Assembly: GCF_036321535.1 (NCBI RefSeq)
Contig: NC_087436.1
Coordinates: 75,704,001-75,768,000 of the forward strand
Origin: Camelus dromedarius
Taxonomy: Eukaryota
Reading direction: 5' to 3'
Length of the DNA stretch: 64,000 nucleotides
Positions 52,285 through 64,000 of this stretch are shown here, piece by piece. The first letter of the stretch is position 1. Every line of letters begins with the position of its first letter. Under the pieces are notes generated by a model. That model did not search any database and was not told where the DNA came from. It was given only the letters and a program-made list of their open reading frames with translations. A program made the translations under genes and the position numbers.

Positions 52285-53869
52285 GTAAGGTTTTATTTTT
52301 TACTTTTTAACTCCCTAGTAAGTTGCACGCTCGGTAATAATTTTTATGGAGTTTGAAAATAACCAAACTGAGACAATGAGATTGCAATTTCCCTTATGAA
52401 ATGATTTGTTCATTTTACATTTGGATTGCCATCAAGCAGTGTAATATTTAACCACCACCATGAAAGTGTAACTTAATGATGTATTTAAGGAATCTTGTTT
52501 TGGTCAGTAAATGGATTAAATGTCTTTTGATCAGGATTCATAATGTGTTAGGAAATGTTCTGCAAGTTCATCTGAAAGAAAAATAATTGTTCATTTCCAT
52601 TATGAGTGTCTCCATTTTTAAGAACATGTTGATTTTCTTCTGGGCTCCAAAGAATATATATTCCACTTGGGAGCATTTAAGTTAAGTAGGACACATGACA
52701 CAGAAGGGTTACCTTCAGAGATGGGTATGGCAGTCTCAGGGTTAAAAAAAAAAAATGACTTGCTGGAACTTTGTCCTTACCGCCTTTGGAAGAGTCACTA
52801 AACCATTCATCACCGTGTGACCAAATGAGGCCACACCTTGCTGTTTCTTTGTCAGAGGTGCATGACTTGATAAAAAAAGATGATAAGGTCAAGGATGAGA
52901 TGTAGTCATACGTGTGTGTAAGGGAGGAAATGATTTAAGTCCTACCCCAGCAGCCTCTTTCAGCTGAGTTGCACAGCCCTTAATGTGGGAGAAAATCCCA
53001 GCAACCGTCTCAGCCTGAGGGTTGAAACAGCGTTTGTCAAAGTGAGGCATTACACCACTAGGAAGCAGTTTATCCTAATTATGGTTTCAGTTGTTTTCAA
53101 TGGTGAAAACCTTATGAAGACTGAACCTGCAAACCCAAATGGGTGAGGCATCGCTGCAAACATATGCCCCCAGGTCTGCATTCATCACTGCACATCCGCT
53201 TGTGTGTGCAAGCGGGCACACACGCCCACTCGGGGCAGTGGAGGGCGGGGGTCCCGGGCAGGGCTTCAGCGTCAGACCTAGAACCCCGTACTCCTCTGCT
53301 GCCTACTGGCTTTGTGTGTTCAGGCAGGTTACTTTAATTGAAACCTTAAAGCCTCCATTTCACACATCTGTACAATTAAAATAATAACAGTACCAACTTC
53401 ATAGGGTGTTGTGAAGATTAAGAGAGAGAGAGGATGTGAAACAGCACATGGGGTGTCAACAGTACAGTGGCGGCTTATTATTATTAATACCAATGATCGT
53501 TAGCATTTTTACTGTTGGAACACGGTGGATGATGAAAGGAGAACAAGACGAAGGCAAACTGGGACGCTTAGTCGGAGCAGAGTAGCCTCAGCCCTGAAAC
53601 AAACAAACAAACAAAAAAAGAGATCAGGCAAAAATCAGGCAAGCATAAACAGACCGAATGTTTGAAAACAGAAACAAGTGTATTTTTACAGTATTATAAC
53701 CAGATGTTTCACTCACCTGTAATTTCAAAATAATTCAAGCATTCTTCTTTTTCATCTGCGTCTCCCATCTTTCCATGACGTGCTGAAGTGTTTGTGTAAG
53801 CACACACACTCAGCCACGGAACCTTCAACAGGAGAGTTAGTGGGGATCTTTGAGGTTTTGGGGGTTTTT

Positions 53870-54925
53870 TGAATAGACTTTATTTTTTAGAGCACTTTTA
53901 GATTTCCAGCAGAAACTGCAGACAGCTCCCGTATGCTCATCTTCCCACCCTCTCCCAGTGACCCCTATGGTTAGCATCTTGCATTAGCAGGACACATTTT
54001 TTATAGTTGATGAATGAATTAGATGATGAATGAATGAACTGGCACATCATTATTGACTAAAATCCATAGTTTACATTCAGATTCACCACTTGTGTCCTAC
54101 ATTCTAGGGTTTTGACAAATGTATAATGTTGTGTGTCCACCATTACTATATCAAACAGAATAGTTTTACTGCCCTAAAAATGGTCTGTGCTCCCACTATT
54201 CATCCCTGTCTTTCTGCCTCTGAACCCCTGGTAACTGATCTTTTTATCTCTGTAGTTTTGCCTTTTCCAGACTGTCATATAGTTGGAATCATACAGTATG
54301 TAGGCTTTTCAGACTGCCTCTTCTCATGGCTTGATAACTCATTTCCTTTTTACCACTGAGTCCTATTTCATTGTATGGCTATGCCACAGTTTATTCCCCT
54401 TGTAAGTTTTGACGATTATGAATGAAAGCTTCTGTAAATATTCATGTGCAAGTTTCTGTGTGGACATAAGATTTCAGCTTATTTGGGTAAGTACCAAGGA
54501 GCATAATTGCTGGATTGTACAGTAAAACATGTTTAGTTCTGGAAGAAACCACCAAACTGTCTTCCAAAGTGGCTGTACCATTTCACATTTCCAACAAGGA
54601 ATGAGATTCCCTGTTGCCCCACATCCTTACCAGCATTTGGTGTTGTCACTGTTTTGGATTTCACCCGTTCTAATTGATGTGCAGGGGTTTGGTTTTCATT
54701 TTCAATTCTCTAATGACATATGATGTTGAGCACCTTTTCATGTGCTATATTGCCATCTGTGTATCTGATGTCTGTTCAGATATTTTGCCCATTTTTAATT
54801 GGGTTGTTTGCTACCTTATTGTTGAGTTTTAAGAGTTCTTGATATATTTTGGATACCAGTCCCGTATCAGATATGTGTTTGCATATATTTTTCTCCCAGT
54901 CTGTGGCTTGTATTTTGATTTCCTG
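53870..54925 (-). mobile_element. L1MA/MB 3' fragment
   Basis: aatagactttattttttagagc..aaactgtcttccaaagtggctgtaccattt..ttattgttgagttttaagagttct..atttttctcccagtctgtggcttg. Confidence 0.85.
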
Positions 54926-55054
54926 AAGATGCCCCAAGTGCCTGATCACCTCCCTTGGAGAAGCAGCTCTGAGATGCTGTAGTGGTTGGGATACCAAGCA
55001 ATGGACTCTTCTGTCTCTAAAAGGCTTGCCCTTATTTTTATCTTCCCTGTTTAG

Positions 55055-55111
55055 GGCAGAAGAGATGAGAGTCAGAAAGTGGATGAGCAGCTGGCCAAAA
55101 AGGATGCCCAG
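55055..55111 (+). CDS. ANXA3: ANXA3 exon 8
   Basis: tttag| to CAG|gtcagt, 57 bp. GRRDESQKVDEQLAKKDAQ. Confidence 0.94.
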
Positions 55112-55461
55112 GTCAGTAACAGAGCAAAGAAATCATCTCCTTTGACTGTGCTCCCTCCTGACTGCCTTCTCATTTCTGTGGCTCCAGCTGGGGCTGTCCT
55201 CTCCCCTGGCCTGTCTGAAGGAGAAGCCTGAAGCTGGGCATCACCCAGCCCCAACTTTCTGTCACCTCCGGTGGTGGCGCTTCTTCCCCTGGCTCCTGCC
55301 ACCCCAGCTGTCAGATGTCTATTCTGCTAGAAGTGAGAGATGTGGATGACAGATGACCACAATGACCTGTGAAGTCAAGTCAGCTCGCCCGCTTCTCATT
55401 CCGCCACCTCAAAAAGAATTGGGTCTGCAGTAACATTTCTGTCTTCTCCCTTGTCCCACAG

Positions 55462-55555
55462 ATTCTCTATAATGCCGGTGAGAAGAGATGGGGCACGGAT
55501 GAGGATACCTTCACCGAGATCCTGTGTTTAAGGAGCTTTCTTCAACTGAAACTGA
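55462..55555 (+). CDS. ANXA3: ANXA3 exon 9
   Basis: cacag| to A|gtatgg, 94 bp. ILYNAGEKRWGTDEDTFTEILCLRSFLQLKL(T), repeat III with the RWGTDE loop. Confidence 0.95.
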
Positions 55556-56950
55556 GTATGGACTCGAATGGCCATCCTTTGGGAATTGTATGGTTTGTGC
55601 ATATGTTTTAGGGTTGAATATACTAAGTTCTGGAAAATGAAGTTAAAAATCACAAAGGCTCTTCCATTTTTATGTGTAAACATTTCAAGAAACAACCGGG
55701 GAGAGCTGTGTTCCTTACTCTGGGCAGAAGGGACACGACCCTTGTGTCCCCCTAGAGGCTGAGTAGATTACCCAGTGAGTGACAGGTGATAGACTAGATG
55801 GGGAGGGAGGCCAGGGAGGAGAGAGCAGCGAGCAGCCCTCCAGGGTGAGAGCAGAGAGGAGCATTGCTTCCAGCCTGTCTCTTGCCTCATTAGCCACTTT
55901 CCATTGCGAGTGAGTCTCTGTGAATGCACCCATGTTGATTAACATTCTGCTTTTTCTGATAGGAAGATCAATTGGAAGCAGGGAGGGAGGGCTCTTTTTA
56001 TCAGACCGACTATTACACTGAATGGCTAAGCACCCACTTCCTCACTCATGCATCTCCCTGAGTCATGCTGGAGGCAACAGCACCTGGAAGCCCAGCGCTC
56101 CTCTTACGTGGGCATCTGACTGTGGCTTCCAGGCGCTGATCTGGAGAACGATCGCACTGCTTGTCTAAGCTTGTGCTGAGTTCAAAGGAAATGAGGAAAC
56201 ACAGGGACTGCCATTTTTTTTAATTCTGAGATCACTTTTCCTAAATCTGGTATTAAAATGATATTCTTTTTTATAAAATAAGGGTAATAGTATTCTAGAG
56301 TTGCTTTACTTGAAAAACTGAAAACCGAACAATCCTAGATCTCTCTCCAGATTTTCTCTTTTTGAAATTTACTTGGGAAAAATATACTTGGCTTACAAAG
56401 TATGCCTACCTGCCCGGGGACAGAGGTGCAGGTTTTGCTTTGGGGCGAATACCAGCCAAGAACTTGGAATGCCTTCTAGGGAGAGGTAGGCCATGCTGCC
56501 TTAGGGAGTGTGTGCTCAGCATGGAGAAATCTCCATAATTAAGATTTCAGTAGTAGGTTTAAAACATATTTGACTAATAGCCACATTTTGCTTCCCAGGT
56601 GCTGCTATAATTTAAAAATAGCCCACCTTACTAGATAAATTATTTATCATTTAGCCTTTCAGGCTATTTTAAATGCTAACAGTCTGGTTAGGGGGAGGGA
56701 AGAGGAGGGGAGGGGAGAGAGACAAAGAGATTGATCGTTGAAGAAAATGGCCTGGGAAGTTCAAGTTTTATTACTGGTGATTTTTTCAAGAAAAACCAAA
56801 AACCTCTGTGCTCGATTTTTAATGGTTTATATAGGAGTTTTTGAGCTTGCCACTTAACGTGATTTGCTGCATGTCAAGTCAAAAACTAGAATATATTGAA
56901 GTGTGGTCAACTGAGATGCTTTAAATATTTTTTGTGATGCTGCTTTTCAG

Positions 56951-57046
56951 CATTTGATGAATACAGAAATATTAGCCAGAAGGACATTGAGGACAGCATA
57001 AAAGGAGAACTGTCTGGGCATTTTGAAGACTTACTGCTGGCCATAG
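56951..57046 (+). CDS. ANXA3: ANXA3 exon 10
   Basis: ttttcag| to G|gtaagc, 96 bp. (T)FDEYRNISQKDIEDSIKGELSGHFEDLLLAI(V). Confidence 0.96.
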
Positions 57047-58864
57047 GTAAGCCCTCGAGTGCTTATAAACTGAGTTCGTTTGCACTTGTTTTAAACCAGA
57101 TGTCACGATTATCCCTTTTCACGTAAGAGTCCTGACTGATCCATCCCGATGCTGCCACAGCCGCCAGCACAGTCCTTGGGACACACAATATGCTCAACAG
57201 ATACTGTCAAATGGTGCTTGAAGAAGTTCTCTTCCTAGGTCTTCCATTGCCTTTTACCTTTGTGTTTGGCTTGTCACTACATTTGGATTATAAACTGCCT
57301 GAGAGAGAAAAAGTATTTCATTTCTACTGGCATTTTTATGGGGTCTGTTGGAAACAGAGACCCAGGCCAATTTGGGAATTCACCATATTTGATTATTTTT
57401 GGAAGACGTCAGTGGCCTCCCAGAGTTGGCTCAGGTCGGAACCACAGGTCTTCTCCCTCTTGGCCGTGCTAATAGGAGTATCAGAAAGAAAGACAGAGAC
57501 TGAAGCCATTCCTTGAGTGGCATGTGGATTGACAAGCCAACAGAAATGCCGTTACACAAGCTGATCTGTCTCAGTCAGGTCTCCGCGTTGTCCTTTTAGG
57601 TGCCCAAAGAACACCTTGCAGGAAAGATGCATTCAGAGGAATGAGACACGCCTCAAAGGCAGGATTCAGTGGCCATGCTAGTCAGAGTCAGGCAGCAAGA
57701 TTTAAGTGCTCCTCCACACACAGGACTGTTCAGAATCCTAAACCACTCCAATCTGGGGTGGCTGCTGTGTTTGTGACAGACTGCTTCTCCGTTAATGCCG
57801 GGGTATGAGTACCTGTCCTCCACACATCTAGTCTTTGCACCAATGAAAAATCATTAAATAACCTCCATCGTGCTGATTAATAGCTTCTCTGGTGAAATGA
57901 AGACAGGTAATGTTGAAGGGTAACCCCCTGCAGAGAGCCTCTGATTCATCTTTCAGGTGTTAATTACCACCTCTGGAGGGTGAGCTCCCCACTCGGGTCC
58001 CTCAAACTGTGTTTTCAAATAAACATTCGTCGGGCACGTATTATGCACTTAGCATTGTGCTAACCTCTTTACAAACATCAGTTCATTTAAGCCTCATAAC
58101 AACCCCGTGGATTAGGGACCGCAATCATCCCCCATGGCAAAGCAGAGGCACAGAAAGGTTAGGTACCTTCCCCAGGTTACCCAGGGAAAGTGTGGTAGAG
58201 CTGGGGGTCTCACCTAGGCACTTGGGCTCCACGGTGCATGATGTTAACCAGCCTCTCTGATGTACTGCAGTGTAAGCACACCTGAAACCTGCATGAAGTA
58301 TATGAAATTACAGAAAACATACCAGAGAGCAGGCGCTCTCTGAGGTCCAGGCCCCATTCTCAGGGCTTCTTTCACATATGTTATTTCATTTACTGTTCAT
58401 CCTCTTTTCAGTGCCAAGAATAGGGCTCGATCCAAATGCTGCTAGGAAAAAAAAAATACTGTTGACTCTGATTGAATTGCTAAAGATAGGCCAAGAAAGA
58501 AAAAAAGCTGCTTTTTCAATTAAAAAAAATGAATCAAAGATCAGTCTCCACAATTGGTTCTGAGAATGTTCCAGTGGCAATGATTTAGCCAGTTAATTTT
58601 TTTCCACTTCATATTTTAATCTTTACATCCTTTTGCTTGCTGTCAAATTTGAAAAACTTTATTGGGATTTACAAATTCTTACTCATTGAACTAAGAAGCC
58701 TTCTTGGAAATAGACATTGAATTATGCACTCAGTTTGGGCTATAATGTATGTTATTTATCAAGTAAAAGAAGGACCTTATAATTCAACTAATTTAAAGTT
58801 CAAGATATGTCACACTTTCATTTTCTATTTCAGTCTACCATTGGAATGTAACAGGTAAAAAAAT

Positions 58865-59110
58865 CTTTACCGAGATAAAACTCATATACCATAAAATTCA
58901 CCCATTTAAAGTGTGCGATTCAGTGCTCTTTAGTATAGCCACAGAGTTGTGCAGCTGTCATCACAGTCTAAGTTTAGGGTATTTCCATCAGCCCCAAAAG
59001 AAACCCTGTGCCCATCAACAGCCACTCCCCACTCCTCCCCACCCCCAGCCCCCGGCAACCACCAGTTTACTTTCTGTGTCGATGTTTCTGCCCATCCTGG
59101 CTACTTCATG
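58865..59110 (-). mobile_element. L1MB-like 3' end
   Basis: ataccataaaattcacccatttaaagtgtgcgattcagtg..agccccaaaagaaaccctgtgcccat. Confidence 0.78.
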
Positions 59111-60923
59111 CACAAGGGTTCTAACACAGTATGTCAGCACTTGGTTTTTGATGCGAAAAGCCACCTGAGCTGTATCAGCTTAGACGTGCATGGTAGAAAG
59201 ATTGCTGGTTGTCAAATCTGGACGCAGATAAGGAGAGGCTTTATTCAAAAAGACTATTGTAGTAAGGAAAACACTTCCATCTCGGAAATGTGCAGGAGTC
59301 TGAAAATCAAACAGAAAAGGGAAGAGGGTAAATGGACCTTTGCAGAAACATTTAAGGGGAAGTTGGGGGAGCAGGGGGCATAACTGTTGGGAGTTGACAG
59401 GAAGTGTGTCTCACTGTGTCTACTGATTCTCGGGACAAGTGGGGAAGGGAGCGTGTTCTGCATTTTAGTTCTTGCTCAGGCTGAGGGCCAGGCTGGAGTT
59501 CAGGGGCCTGTTGTGGAGCGAGAGGCCTGACTCAAGTTTGGTCAAGACAACATAGAAGGTAAGAAGGGCAGGTGTGAACCTTGGTCATCATAATGAACTT
59601 CAAGGCCTCCTGAGTCTCAGGGATTTCCCTGAGTTTCCCTGCTGGCGTTGGGTCCTAAAGCAAGGTTCCTGACCACTGCGTATACCACCGCCTCCCCAAA
59701 GTTTCAAACATGAGGAACAAATCTGGTGGCTCAGAACATAAAGCAGAGGACAAGGCAAAGGTTATGAAAGGAAAGGATGCCCTACATTTAGTTTGGGGGG
59801 AGGGTGATGAATTTGAAAAGCTTCATAGGATAAAGTGGGCATAAAAACTTCCCAGTGATTAAGGCTTGCTGAATATAAGTTTGCAAAAAAATAGGTAGCA
59901 CCAATTCAAATCATTGGTTTCTTCTCACACAGCTTCAAATGCGTCACTGTTTTCATGTTTGTCTCAGATTCCATGTCTGAGTTTCCAGTACATTTCTCCT
60001 TCTGTCTCCCTTCGATGACTTCCACAAAAGAAAGGCCTTTTAAAAAGCTTTCCTTAAGAGTCTGTAAGGCATTATGAGAAAGCCGCTATTCTTGTTCTGA
60101 TCTCCAAAATTCGTTATAAAATTCATTCAGTTTTGATCAGATTCCCACCTGCAGATCAGATGTAAGAGTATCAGAGTAATTGTGCTTCAGTAAATAGGTT
60201 TATGCCTTACAGACTTCTCCATCCCTGCCTATTTTCACTTTATTTAAAGGATAATTAATTTGCTCATGTTTTTGCCAGTTATCTTTTTCTTATTTTACTT
60301 TTGTTTTACTTGTTATTTCAAAATAAAGAATTGAAAGATGGTAGGTTTTTTTTTTTTTTTTTTTTTGATGACTGAATTCCGATTACAGGCACTGGTTCTA
60401 ATGTAATTACTCTAATCAGCCTATACATTCTAATCCAGTCATTTAAGAGCAAATCTTTCCACTGGAAAAATTGGTTTTAAATTGAACTCGAGTGTCCCTG
60501 CTTACCTAATGAGTTATTTGGAGCAACATCCCTGCAGTCTTTCCACCCAAGCTATTCATCAGTAGCCAAAGATGTTAGGAACCCAGCAGTGGTGCACCCG
60601 AGGGGGTTATCAACGTGAGCGTAGGTGTTGGTGTGTCTGTGATCTGGAAATGAGTCAGCCACTGTGGGAGTTTCTTTGGCAGGTAATTTTATTTTCCCTG
60701 TGGCTAAGGATAATTACTGTGCTAAAGTTCCATACAAATATGACATTATAAGGCTTTGAAATTCAGGTTAAGCATCCATTCATTCTTTCATTCTAAAGAA
60801 AAGCCAGTAACGGTGAGGAGAAGAGTGGTATGGTTACCCAAAAAAATCTTTTTAAAAAACACATTATTATAGATTAACTCAATTTCTATTAAACATTGTG
60901 TGTTTTTTTTTTTTTAATAACAG

Positions 60924-60982
60924 TTCATTGCGCAAGGAACATGCCCGCCTTTTTAGCTGTAAGACTTCATCAGGCTTTGAAG
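60924..60982 (+). CDS. ANXA3: ANXA3 exon 11
   Basis: T tract and aacag| to AAG|gttggt, 59 bp. (V)HCARNMPAFLAVRLHQALK. Confidence 0.94.
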
Positions 60983-61689
60983 GTTGGTCTGGAAATGTTG
61001 TATATATTCCTAGCTTCCCTGAAGGAGAATGTAAAAATATTGCTTCATATGGATGGGCTTTCATATTTCTTTGCCACTTTGATGCATTCTCTTTTGTAGC
61101 TGGGGTGTCTACTGCTTTGTCTCATATGTTGATAATGAGTACCCTGGTCATTATCAAGGTCGGTGCAGTGAGGAGTGGACTGCATTATTTCCCTCACTTC
61201 ACATTAAGTGTAGGCAGTAAATTTGTTCTAGGATGACAGACCTCAAACTTGACCCATTAGGTCCAGCAGCCTCTCAAGCTGCCTTACTTAAAATAAACCA
61301 AGCTGAGTCAGCAGCCTCCCGTGGTATAGAAACCCTGTGTTACCTCATCCATTGGTGCCGCTAGATGGTGAGCTCCGTGAGTGTGTGAGCATTTTTCTTG
61401 CTCTTTTGTATCTCCATCCTGGGCCTGGCACGTAGAACATGCTTACTTTAGTTTCTTCCTGAGTGTTTCCTGTGGAAGTCCACATGCACTTCAAAGTCTT
61501 GTCCAAAGTGAACACACCATTCTCCTCACCTTACCCCCCAGCCCAGTTCTGCTCCCGGTCCCACACTCAGTCATGCCCCTGGACAGCCCCGGCGGGAACT
61601 AGCCTCGCCTAGCTTGCGAGGTTGTGCCATTCCCCACGAGCTTGTTCCCGGTGCCGCGGCCATATCCGCCTTCTTCCTGATCCCTGACC

Positions 61690-62903
61690 GTGACAAGGCT
61701 CTTCCCATACCAAGGGGCTTTGCATTTGTTGTCCTCTCTGCCTGGAATTTGCGTCCTCCAGGTCTACCTAGGGCTACCTCCTCACCTTTGCGGTCTCAGC
61801 TCAGATGTCACCTCTGGAGGGAGGTCTTCCCTGGCTGCACAGGTCCCCTGGCTTCCTTTCACTCACACTCCGTCCCATCATTCTGTGACCACTTACTCAG
61901 ACAACTTGTTCATTGGTTTTACTGTCCATCTCCAACTATTAGAACATAACCTCCACGAGAACAGAGGTACCGTCCGTGTTGTTCACTACACAGATGGTCC
62001 AATGCCTGGCATACAGTAGGTGCTCAGTAAGTGTTTGTTGAATGAATGAATAGCGTCAACATCCACCTAACTGCTCAGCTAGAAGGTTTACGCTTCTCTC
62101 TCTCTTTCATTCTCCTCAAATGACACATCATTATGTTTTGTCAATCTGCCTTTATAAGCATCTCTTAAATCTATCCATTTTCTCCATCCCTCCTGCCATT
62201 ATTCTAGGGCAGGCCATCATCATCATCATCTCTCTCTCTCTTTTTTTTTTTTTTTCTGTTAAGCAACCAGCTCTGGATGGGTCCCAAAGCTTCTTGCTCT
62301 GTTATCTTTATCCCACTTCTGCTTTGCAGTCCATTCTTCATACTGCTGCTGTCAAAGGAATCCTCTGAAACCACAACTCTGACCTGATCTCAACACTCTC
62401 CTATTTAGCAGATTGCAGTAGTTCGTCACACTCGGGATAAAGTTGGAATTCCCTTCCATGGTTTACAAGGTCTGGTCTTTCCAGACACATTTCTTGCTGT
62501 TCCTCCTCATTCTTTCTGTATCCTTGAACTTGGCCTTTTTTTTTCTTCCTTGTCCTACACCATCACATGTGCTGTTTCCTGCATTGGAACATTTTTTTTT
62601 TTCCCTCTCTGTCTGAGCTCCATTCCTTCTTCCCCTGGCTGATTATTTAGGCCCCAGTTTAAATACCGTTCTCTCAAACAGCCCTTTCCCAATCCTTGAT
62701 CTGTTTCAGGCCTCCCTAGCATTTTCTCCCATAGTACCCAGTACCACCCACATGTCAGATTTTATTGTGATGGCCCATTTTCTTGCCTGGATGCTTTACA
62801 GAACTGAAAGCTTAACAGGGGTTTCTCATCTCTGCTTTCAGCATTTGGCAATGTGATGGCACAGAGTAAGTGCTCAATAAATATTTCGTGAATAAATGAA
62901 TGA
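61690..62903 (+). mobile_element. Two consecutive L2 3' fragments (ending at about 62050 and 62903)
   Basis: L2 termini gcctggcatacagtaggtgctcagtaagtgtttgttgaatgaatgaa and ggcacagagtaagtgctcaataaatatttcgtgaataaatgaatg. Confidence 0.72.
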
Positions 62904-63039
62904 TGAGGTTTGACAATACATGAGTGAGTCACTGTGGCTGGATATTATGTGCACCACTATCTATTTTGTGTAAATATAGCTCTGTCTGCTGTTTTGTGCA
63001 CGATGAGGTTATATCATGCACACCTGCATTTCTTAACAG

Positions 63040-63162
63040 GGTGCTGGGACTGATGAGTTTACTCTGAACCGCATCATGGTTTCCAGATCAGAAATTGACC
63101 TTTTGGACATTCGAGCAGAGTTTAAGAAGCATTATGGGTATTCCCTGTATTCGGCAATTAAA
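63040..63162 (+). CDS. ANXA3: ANXA3 exon 12 (exon 13 lies outside the window)
   Basis: aacag| to AAA|gtaagt, 123 bp. [41 protein letters not shown], repeat IV. Exons 2-12 sum to 912 nt, 304 codons, with no stop. Confidence 0.96.
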
Positions 63163-64000
63163 GTAAGTTTCTTCTTAAAAATAACGAAACATACTGTGCC
63201 TCTCACTACCCATCCTCTTTTCCTTATAATCCTTCAAACATGAAGACACATGACTTAGATTCTCTCTCCCTGTCAGTGTGTAAAAGTGTTTTCTGAGTTT
63301 AAAATAGTAATAACAAAATGTCCCTTAAAGGTATTATTTTTCAGCTCTAAAATCCCAGGCACAGAAAAGAGACTCAGCATTTTTTTTTTTTTTTTTTTTT
63401 TTTTTTTAGTTTTAGTGGCCACTAATAATTCTTTTGTAAATTGCATATGCACGTTGCTTACCTATTTTTATATTGCAGTATTTTAATTTATTTCAGTTTT
63501 TTTTAATGAGAATAGAAAAAAAAGAAAGATATATATTTTTAATTTCCTCTTTGTTTTACTGAAAAGATAGCATGGTTCTGCACTTTGAAGTTCTTTTCAT
63601 TTCAGTGCGTAGGAAGCTTTCTCATTCTTTTTAATAGCTGTGTATCTTTACATTACTTGTATATTTGTACGCACCATGTCAACAGATGTTTACAGTTTCT
63701 TGCCGTTATACAGTGCTGCAATAGGCATACACAATTTCACAAGGCACCAGTGTATCTGAGGGATAAATATTCATGCACAGGTGAGATTGCTGAGACAGAT
63801 ATAAATACATTTGTAATTTTGGTAAAGATTGCCAGTCAAGTTCCATTGTGCCTCAGTTAGTCAACTAGATTCATTCACCAAAATCCCTTTTTGTTTTTAA
63901 CCAGAGCTTTTGGTTTTTTGCTCTAAACCTTGGCAGAAAAAGATGCATGCCCAAGTTGAAATAGAAAAAGGCAACTCTCAGGCTGTGCCTGGGTCTTAGC

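Noticed and set aside
55475..55483. Internal donor-like CCG|GTGAGA in ANXA3 exon 9
   Set aside because: It arises from the conserved Ala-Gly-Glu codons and is probably shared across mammals; nothing suggests it is used.
1..64000. A novel multi-gene system, prokaryote-type elements or a third gene
   Set aside because: All recognisable coding signal belongs to FRAS1, ANXA3 or L1. The remaining ORFs are short and lack splice or homology support. I cannot exclude unannotated lncRNAs from sequence alone.

Overview
This is mammalian genomic DNA, and both genes lie on the + strand. It contains the last four coding exons and 3' UTR of FRAS1 (3570-9806), then a short repeat-rich spacer. A CpG-island promoter follows, and then exons 1-12 of annexin A3 (ANXA3, about 20060-63162); the 13th and last exon lies beyond the window. 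All 15 coding exons have GT-AG boundaries and compatible phases, and ANXA3 exons 2-12 join into 304 uninterrupted codons. The FRAS1-ANXA3 order matches human 4q21. A tRNA-Ala-derived SINE resembling camelid Vic-1, with no recognisable Alu, B1, Bov-tA, PRE-1 or Can-SINE, suggests a camelid (inference). The rest is L1, L2, MIR, LTR and DNA-transposon debris; repeat family names are from memory and need RepeatMasker/Dfam confirmation. I found no convincing new biological system. The best leads are small-scale: a CpG-retaining MER8-like element in ANXA3 intron 1 with clustered YY1, E-box and NRF1 motifs; divergent codons in ANXA3 exon 5 that form an internal consensus splice donor; a 131-bp local copy of an LTR segment placed inside a MIR; and an L1 target site present three times inside a Tigger1 element.
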